Source: Octopus sinensis
Lineage: Eukaryota
Assembly: GCF_006345805.1 (NCBI RefSeq)
Contig: NC_043004.1
Location: forward strand, 36,642,001 to 36,706,000
DNA: 64,000 nt
Reading direction: 5' to 3'
A program made the translations under genes and the position numbers. Numbering within the stretch: position 1 is the stretch's first letter; every line of letters starts with the position of its first letter. The notes under the pieces were generated by a model. It saw only the letters and a list, made by a program, of their open reading frames with translations. It did no database searches and was not told where the DNA came from. Below, piece after piece: positions 55,924 through 64,000 of the stretch.

Positions 55924-56595
55924 CTACAATAAAAAAAGAAACACATTTTGTAATTACATGTTATACAGATATTGTAATACTGGTGACTAACAGCCCTCCT
56001 TTAATTTTTATTGATATTCGATTTTTGCTATATCTGATAATATACGTTATATATATATATAGTTAATTCAAATAAACAAACAATTAAAAAAAGAGAAAAA
56101 CACACAAAAAGACGAACGGGAGGACGTGCACAAGAAATATATTAATTAGACGTTTGGGGAATAGAAAGAGTTGTTAAAGTTTCGAGCATAATCTCTTCGT
56201 CGGAAACAGTAAAGTCCAAAGAGAATGAAAGAAAAATAAAGAAAAATAGCCAACAATCCACGTGCGATGATATTTATGAATATGTATATACGTGTGTATG
56301 TGTGTATGTGTGTGCGTGTGTGTGTGTGACATAGTTGTAGGGGAAACATAAATTGAAACACCTTCCTTCCACGCTTTTGATGAGCGGAAAAGAAAGGAAG
56401 GAAGAGTCTCGAGAGAGGGTGAATCACGGTTTGTTGACCACTTTTCAGGGAAGGTTAAACTGGTCTCTTCCCAATCACTACATAGAACATTCAGCTACAA
56501 AATGATCAGTCACAAATTCGAGAGTGTCGTATTTGGCAGTTCAGTTTAATTTGCATATATGTGAATATGACGATGGTCATTAATTAAACAATATA

Positions 56596-57458
56596 CAAAG
56601 TGTTCGGAATAAATTTAACAGTTTGCATAAAAGGGAAAGAAATCAATGTGCCATCCCGCCCCCAATTTTTAAAATATCAATTAGATTATGGCTGGGTATT
56701 AACAGTTTACTCAATGCAGCCACCCTCAGCTTCTACCCCGGCCTCAAGACAGCTTCAGAACGTGGGAAGATCTTTGAATACTTCCTTGGTCTTGGCTATC
56801 AGTTTGGCTTTGGTGCTGCCGACAGAGTAGACGGTTTCTTTCTCAACCGTACCCCACAGATAGTAATTCATGAGGTTATAATCGGAGGAATTATAGAGCG
56901 AGAAATTGAGGCTAGTGAAGTCGTAAAAATTCTCACAACCACTTTTGACTTTCCGGCAATACGACAAGGATTCGTGTCCTGCTGCTACACATATAGACTT
57001 CCAGCAACAACCCTCTTTAGACAGGGATTGGTTAAGGTCTCCAGGAGCTTCACATAACCGTGGGAATAGAGCCGACGGACCTATTCAAAGATGTGGGGAG
57101 GAATTTCGGTGTGCAGACAATGTCAGAATGCTTATTGTGTCCCTTCATGCTGTCCACAGATTCGTAGTCTCCATTGCAGCTGTCCACGGCACGTTTTACA
57201 GCCTTCACAGTGTCTACAGAGGATCGATATCAGCGGTCATGATATAAGCACTTTGATATCAGGTGCGTGTCCTCATGATAAAAATAACTCCTTTCCAATA
57301 TTCAGATGACTTTTAGTTCTTCATATTATCTAACTTTTTTTCAACTACGACCTTAATCTGAATACTCTCCAACACCGTTGATTGTTCACCAATACACCAA
57401 GCTGTTTCCGAAAAGACAGCTGACATAGAAACTTATCAAATTTAGCCCGAACATCATG
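56596..57458 (-). mobile_element. Internally deleted Tc1/mariner-superfamily element (maT/DD37D-like)
   Basis: TA|caaagtgttcggaataaattt ... aaatttagcccgaacatcatg|TA degenerate TIRs; minus-strand YVKLLE..RVVAG..YV*QQD and DYNLMNYYLWGTVEKET..TKAKLIA. Confidence 0.7.
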
Positions 57459-57589
57459 TACATTTTATTCACAATATGGTGTAATTGAAATGAAATGTAA
57501 TACAAAACCAATCTGTCAGCCCATTCCTTCCATACTTTCGGTATCTAAAGTTACTGTTTGAAATTTTAACAGCGCACCATTAGTTAAAT

Positions 57590-57889
57590 GGAGTCCCATG
57601 GCCTGGTGGTTAGAGCAGCGGACTCGCGGTCGAGGGATCGCAGGTTCAAATCTCAGACCGGGCGATGTGTGTGTTTATGAGCGAAACACCTACGCTCCAC
57701 GCGGCTCCGGTAGAAGGTAATGGCGAACTTCTGCTGACTCTTTCGCCACAACTTTCTCTCACGCTTTCCTCCTGCATCTTGCAGCTCACCTGCGATGGAC
57801 CGGTGTCCCGCCCAGGTGGGGAACCTATACACCAAGGAAACCGGGAAACCGGCTCTATGAGCCAGGCGTGGCTCGAGAAGGAACAAACA
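57590..57889 (+). mobile_element. Intact tRNA-derived SINE (second family) with 13-bp target-site duplication
   Basis: A box TGGCCTGGTGG, B box GGTTCAAATCT; central gcgatggaccggtgtcccgcccagg resembling V/Meta-type SINE domains; (AACA) tail; ACCATTAGTTAAA at 57576-57588 and 57890-57902. Confidence 0.85.
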
Positions 57890-59020
57890 ACCATTAGTTA
57901 AACAATAAACAGTACTTATTACGTGATACTTTATGCAAAATCTAGCGTCAAATAGGGAAGGTTAGATATATATTTTTCCACACATTCAAATCATATAATC
58001 AATCTGTATACATTCTCATTGTATCCACAGCTATTCTTTATAACAAGCGTGTGTATGTAGGTATATATGCTCAAACACACACACACACACACACGAATTC
58101 ATACACACACACATGGAGATCATTACAGTCATCGTACATTACGTACATTTACGTTATATGGAAGATCATAAACTTGATCTAGTCGTCATGGACATTACCA
58201 TTTCCCATTCAGCGTTGAGATCTCACTTTTGCACCGAAGATATAAACGTAAACAGACGTGAATTTATGGTCGGTTGTAAATATGACTCGATTTACTCGTG
58301 AGAAAAATTGAAACTAACATCTACGTATACACACTGAAGTATTCCCACGTGAATAACGTCTGCTTAAAAACTTTTTAGCCATAAGTTCTTTTATTTCCAA
58401 TCAGCTATCAGCGAATGACAACCATCATAGATTGGAGTAACAACTTTCTCTTATCTTTGCAGAGGTTATCAATGTTTATTTTCTCTTCATGATTATATTG
58501 CTTTAGATATTTCTCTCATTGGCAATGATTGATCGTTTTATTTCAGTATTGTTAACCAATCTTGAATGTAAAATCATTGTTGCGTTAGTACTTACTCACA
58601 TAGAGACAGTCAGAATCACTCATTTATAGTGGGAACTATATAAATATACGCAACCATAAACACACATACACACTTCTGTAATTGTATGTAATTACACACG
58701 CGTTATATTAATTTCATAATTACGTAATTAAGAAACATATGCAATACTAGAACTGGAAACCAGAAGCTTCTCCTTATAGAATCAGCATTATAAAATTACT
58801 TTAACAAATAAGATTGTGAGAATTACAGCTTGGAAAAGGGAGACAGTGTCGGTGCACGGTGGATATTGGTGAAAAAAGCATATAATACTTATCAGGTCCA
58901 GGAACAAAGTTTAGCAGGGTCAAAACTGAATAGATCACGAGATTAAGATTCATGTGTGTTTTGTTTTCTCTGCCTGAATTTATGTATGCGTGTATACAAA
59001 CATATATACATAATTATATA

Positions 59021-59053
<33 letters not shown>

Positions 59054-59174
59054 CAACAATCAAGGAACGGCCATAATAGGCCATTCACCCACTAGAAATA
59101 ACAGCCAAAGCTTCAACCGCAAATAAAAATCAATTCCGTAAACAGGAGAAAATTTAAAAAACATTTACCCTGTA

Positions 59175-59281
59175 ATTTCTTATACGATGCACCGTTTCAT
59201 CTGCTGTTTAATGGCAAACTAACCTGATTAAATTAAATCAAGCCAATCTTCCATAGGCCCTCAGATTCTTCAGTAAGAAAT
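59175..59281 (-). ncRNA. Type I hammerhead ribozyme, array copy 1
   Basis: Minus strand: ATTTCTTA-CTGAAGA-ATCTG-(~58 nt)-CAGAT-GAAA-CGG TGCA TCG-TA-TAAGAAAT; 8-bp stem I, 5-bp stem II, stem III, GUA cleavage triplet. Confidence 0.88.
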
Positions 59282-59667
59282 AGCCCAAGTCGGAACAGAT
59301 ATTTACACGAGGCATTTCCGACCCTGCCAAGGTAATATCTGACCTAAAATTTTCAAATCATCGCACTCGCGCCAAATTTATCGGCAGCAAATAAATATAA
59401 GCCGTCGATTCCATTACGGAATTAACCAGAAAATTCATAATTAATCAATATAGGGTGGCAAAAAAAAAAATTTTGTAGAATTTTTTTGCCACCAGCGGCC
59501 TAGTGGGAAAAAATTAAATAGTCATAGACCATTTTTAAGTTCAACATCAACAATCAAGGAACGGCCATAATAGGCCATTCACCCACTAGAAATAACAGCC
59601 AAGCTTCAACCGCAAATAAAAATCAATTCCGTAAACAGGAGAAAATTTAAAAAACATTTACCCTGTA

Positions 59668-59773
59668 ATTTCTTATACGATGCACCGTTTCATCTGCTGT
59701 TTAATGGCAAACTAACCTGATTAATTAAATCAAGCCAATCTTCCATAGGCCCTCAGATTCTTCAGTAAGAAAT
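59668..59773 (-). ncRNA. Type I hammerhead ribozyme, array copy 2
   Basis: Same core and stems as copy 1; predicted cleavage site 493 nt from that of copy 1. Confidence 0.88.
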
Positions 59774-60440
59774 AGCCCAAGTCGGAACAGATATTTACAC
59801 GAGGCATTTCCGACCCTGCCAAGGTAATATCTGACCTAAAATTTTCAAATCATCGCACTCGCGCCAAATTTATCGGCAGCAAATAAATATAAGCCGTCAA
59901 TTCCATTACGGAATTAACCAGAAAATTCATAATTAATCAATATAGGGTGGCAAAAAAAAAAAAAAAATTTTGTAGAATTTTTTTGCCACCAGCGGCCTAG
60001 TGGGAAAAAATTAAATAGTCATAGACCATTTTTAAGTTCAACATCAACAATCAAGGAACGGCCATAATAGGCCATTCACCCCTAGAAATAACAGCCAAAG
60101 CTCTTTGCGGTTGAAGCTTTGGCTGTTATTTCTAGTGGGTGAATGGCCTATTATGGCCGTTCCTTGATTGTTGATGTTGAACTTAAAAATGGTCTATGAC
60201 TATTTAATTTTTTCCCACTAGGCCGCTGGTGGCAAAAAAATTCTACAAAATTTTTTTTTTTTGCCACCCTATATTGATTAATTATGAATTTTCTGGTTAA
60301 TTCCGTAATGGAATCGACGGCTTATATTTATTTGCTGCCGATAAATTTGGCGCGAGTGCGATGATTTGAAAATTTTAGGTCAGATATTACCTTGGCAGGG
60401 TCGGAAATGCCTCGTGTAAATATCTGTTCCGACTTGGGCT

Positions 60441-60547
60441 ATTTCTTACTGAAGAATCTGAGGGCCTATGGAAGATTGGCTTGATTTAATTTAATCAGGT
60501 TAGTTTGCCATTAAACAGCAGATGAAACGGTGCATCGTATAAGAAAT
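60441..60547 (+). ncRNA. Type I hammerhead ribozyme, array copy 3
   Basis: Stem I 60441-60448/60540-60547; CTGAAGA 60449-60455; stem II 60456-60460/60519-60523; GAAA 60524-60527; GTA ending at 60539. Confidence 0.88.
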
Positions 60548-60930
60548 TACAGGGTAAATGTTTTTTAAATTTTCTCCTGTTTACGGAATTGATTTTTATT
60601 TGCGTTGAAGCTTTGGCTGTTATTTCTAGTGGGTGAATGGCCTATTATGGCCGTTCCTTGATTGTTGATGTTGAACTTAAAAATGGTCTATGACTATTTA
60701 ATTTTTTCCCACTAGGCCGCTGGTGGCAAAAAAATTCTACAAAATTTTTTTTTTTGCTACCCTATATTGATTAATTATGAATTTTCTGGTTAATTCCGTA
60801 ATGGAATCAACGGCTTATATTTATTTGCTGCCGATAAATTGGCGCGAGTGCGATGATTTGAAAATTTTAGGTCAGATATTACCTGGCAGGGTCGGAATGC
60901 CTCGTGTAAATATCTGTTCCGACTTGGGCT

Positions 60931-61037
60931 ATTTCTTACTGAAGAATCTGAGGGCCTATGGAAGATTGGCTTGATTTAATTTAATCAGGTTAGTTTGCCA
61001 TTAAACAGCAGATGAAACGGTGCATCGTATAAGAAAT
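60931..61037 (+). ncRNA. Type I hammerhead ribozyme, array copy 4
   Basis: Identical core; GTA ends at 61029, 490 nt after the copy 3 site. Confidence 0.88.
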
Positions 61038-63147
61038 TACAGGTAAATGTTTTTTAAATTTTCTCCTGTTTACGGAATTGATTTTTATTTGCGGTTGAAG
61101 CTTTGGCTGTTATTTCTAGTGGGTGAATGGCCTATTATGGCCGTTCCTTGATTGTTGATGTTGAACTTTAAAATGGTCTATGACTATTTAATTTTTTCCC
61201 ACTAGGCCGCTGGTGACAAAAAAATTCTACAAAATTTTTTTTTTTGCCACCCTATATTGATTAATTATATATATATATATATATAAACTTACTGTTGACG
61301 AAAGTCGAGATGCGCGCTGTTCAGTTATTCCATGAATGGAAAATATATTAAATACTAAAAAAAAAACGTACACATAGGACAGACACAGAAGGACACTAAT
61401 TCTTCATCAGTTATCGACTGAAATTTGTATGTGTGTGTGTGCAATATATATATATATATATATATACAGATCAGAATAATATGATTTAAATTCGTTGGTA
61501 CGCCTTGTAAGCGTGATGCTAGTCGTTAGCCATTCTTAATTTGAATGACAGTTCGCCATGAGGTACTTTCCAACTAACTGTTACCCATATACCAACATCA
61601 TACCACGACACCGCGTGACCTTCCTTCCTCGACCAATCACAGCCCACCTTACGGTAATAACAATCAACGTTTGTCATTCAAATTCAAAATAGCTGATGAC
61701 TAACATGACCCTAGAAACCCAAGAGTACCAACGAATTTGAATCAAACTGTTTTGATCCATACATGTAACTCCCAATAAATTCGTTGAGTGCCCTTTTTTA
61801 GTTTGACCACTCACTCGTAGGTATATATCGATATATATATATATCGATTTCTACGAATTAACTGAAATGAGTCAGGCAGAGTGGTTATATAATATCCGAA
61901 TAGGTCTAAATTAAAATATTGTGACATATTCAACGAACTGATATAAATGAAAGTGAAAGTTCTATTGCTACGTTTTTCAACACGTGGATATCGACCTAGA
62001 AGTTATCCAAGAGAAGCCAACAAATCTAAGATAACAGTCATGAAAATCAGCAAGTGTTCTGGCTATTTACAATAAAAACCATGGTTGCAGACAGAAGAAA
62101 TGAATGCGGAAAAGAAATCATTCAATGCGTAAACATAAATTTTTAAGCGTTATTAGCTTTCAAGGTGTGCTCCATATATCTGGCTTCCTTGTAAAATGCA
62201 GAGGATAAATAAATATCCTCCTCGAAAGGAAGTTTTGATCTATTTTGTAAACATTGCTACAACATCGGTTCGAAATTTTGTCCGTACAAAACCGAAAATG
62301 TCATTTAGGAACACAACGACTACCTCCAATGGATTTGAATTTGCCATCTGTCAACCTGTATACTGATTATTAAGACTATATTGTCCGTTAAGACATTAAC
62401 CATCCAGTAACAGCTAGGGGGTTTTATTGTCATACTAGACAACAACAAAAAACTGATAAAGCTGTAAGTCACCGTCGAGATGGTGCGTTTCAGATGATCC
62501 TGTGTCGATCCGTTGTCGATGACGAAGAATTAAAGGGTATTTTTTAACCTTTAGTACACTTCAATAACACATGTCACCGTATGAGTTCCCCGCCCCTGTA
62601 GTAACAGGGCAGGTGAAACAATTCTAAAGAAAATGCAGTGTGTTAAAGCTTAAGATGACTTAACAGCGTCCTCGTTTAGTTAAGGTAGTTTGATGGGTAC
62701 TGAGGTAGTTGCTGTCTACTATTTCTAGGCGGTAGAGTGGCCCAATAAAGTTTCCTCTGTGATTTATACATATAATACAGTAAGTATTATGCAGTATAAT
62801 AAAGAGTATATCTAATATCTGTATGAAGTCAATCGAAGTGAATATATTGTTTTATTTATAGAACCAAAACTACGTGGGAGGTAGAGTCTCTCTTAAGAAT
62901 AAGTAAAGGTGACCACTAGTTTGTAGGACGGTAATAGAGAATGTGAGAGATTCTCCTTTCTTTACCGTTACTAAGCATCTTGATGCTTACTACGTACCGT
63001 CGATTATGTAGAGGGACTTGAAATGTTGACATTCTCCAAGATCTTCATGATATTCCCTCATTAATTTTGAATTTATACTACACAAATGTACACAGCATCC
63101 ATACATCTATAAGTAGAATTATTTGTCGTACTGTGTACAGAAAGTGT

Positions 63148-63231
<84 letters not shown>

Positions 63232-63779
63232 ATTTTACAGAAAAAATTGATCTTAATCTAAATATGTCGTTTATATACTTTCAAATAAGTTTCTAAAGGT
63301 CTGGGCACAATCTTTATATGTCATCGAGTTAACAAAACATCAAGAATTATTAATCCCCAGATTACTCAAAGTAATATTCATATTATATATTGTCATCTTT
63401 TTTTCTTTGGTTTCCTTTATTTAGCAAACGGAAATTATGTTCCATGTTCTTCAATAATGCTACAATTTATCAGTTATTGCCAGTCAAAGAAAGTTGGATA
63501 ATTTTCAAGATTAAAATAGCAAATATTTTCGAATGAAAAAATACGTCAATCTGAGAGTTCACATTGATTACCATCATCGTTTGAGCATGAGTTAACATTT
63601 ACGTAACTTAGATTTTAGTTCCAGTAGCGATAAAAGAACATTGTAATTATGAACACTACTTCAATAACACTAAAACATGAAAGCCAATTTTGCCAGCAAC
63701 GCATGCTGCCTTCAAGGAAAAGGAGAGAGTGACTAACTACATAGCTCCACATGACGGATTCTGTTAAGTAATTGTTAAG

Positions 63780-64000
63780 TGGAGTTTTGAGGTAGTATGG
63801 CTCTTACAAGTAGGGAGTCGTTATTGACTGAGGTATATCCGAGTACAGGTGGCTTGTATGATATTCTTGAAGAAATTTGTCCCTGTATCGCTTGAAGGTG
63901 AAGGGATATTTTTCTTTGATTTCTTTTTGGGTTAATGTTAAATAGAACGGGACCTGTTGAGGAAAAGTGATTCTCTGGCTGTGTATCTATTTTGTGAATC
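63780..64000 (-). mobile_element. Possible Penelope-like element fragment (RT to GIY-YIG linker)
   Basis: Minus frame ...KPPVLGYTSVNNDSLLVRAIL resembles the PPxxAYRRxKNLRDxLVRA linker; truncated by the window edge. Confidence 0.35.

Larger units (their letters stand above)
59052..61268. mobile_element. Retrozyme-like array: ~494-bp hammerhead-containing unit, ~2.1 tandem copies then ~2.4 inverted copies
   Basis: Unit start atcaacaatcaagg at 59052, 59546 and 60043; left arm ends at ...cagccaaagct (60102); reverse-complement copies run 60104-61268; (TA)n on both flanks; no meaningful ORF; one hammerhead per full unit. Confidence 0.8.

Noticed and set aside
57590-57665. tRNA gene
   Set aside because: It has A/B boxes but no closed cloverleaf, and continues into a SINE body with tail and target-site duplication. 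The same applies to the other SINE heads.
59052-60102. A second ribozyme on the opposite strand of the 494-bp unit (ambisense, viroid-like)
   Set aside because: No CUGANGA core on that strand (only ctgatta and ctgacct); other ribozyme classes were not recognisable by eye.
60777-60974. 65-aa ORF in the repeat unit
   Set aside because: It depends on single-base deletions specific to this copy and is not open in the other three.
59052-61268. Tandem array read as CRISPR, rDNA or telomeric repeat
   Set aside because: No spacers, no rRNA similarity and no TTAGGG runs; eukaryotic context.
62570-62627. Possible upstream exon of the receptor (ttttctttag acceptor)
   Set aside because: No good donor and no recognisable Ig, EGF, MAM or signal-peptide sequence.

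Overview
AT-rich, microsatellite-laden animal genomic DNA. The SINE and Penelope-type repeat families point to an octopod cephalopod (inference). Nearly all ORFs in the supplied track are translations of (TA)n/(CA)n/(CATA)n repeats. The one real gene is on the minus strand: 13 GT-AG exons (55923 down to 22667, 1881 nt) splice in frame into five fibronectin-III domains, an RKKR convertase site, a transmembrane helix and the start of a cytoplasmic tail. It resembles R2B-type receptor tyrosine phosphatases (PTPRK/M/T/U-like); its 5' exons and phosphatase exons were not found in the window. The rest holds tRNA-derived SINEs, R4/Dong-type and CR1/L2-type LINE fragments, two Tc1/mariner remnants and Penelope-type terminal repeats. 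The most striking feature, at 59052-61268, is a ~494-bp non-coding unit in two tandem arrays joined head-to-head as a ~2.2-kb palindrome. Every full unit carries an intact type I hammerhead ribozyme (4 copies), which is the architecture of a retrozyme able to release a ~490-nt self-cleaved, potentially circular RNA. A smaller head-to-head element with a hammerhead in each arm lies at 20461-20890, suggesting a shared mobilisation mechanism.
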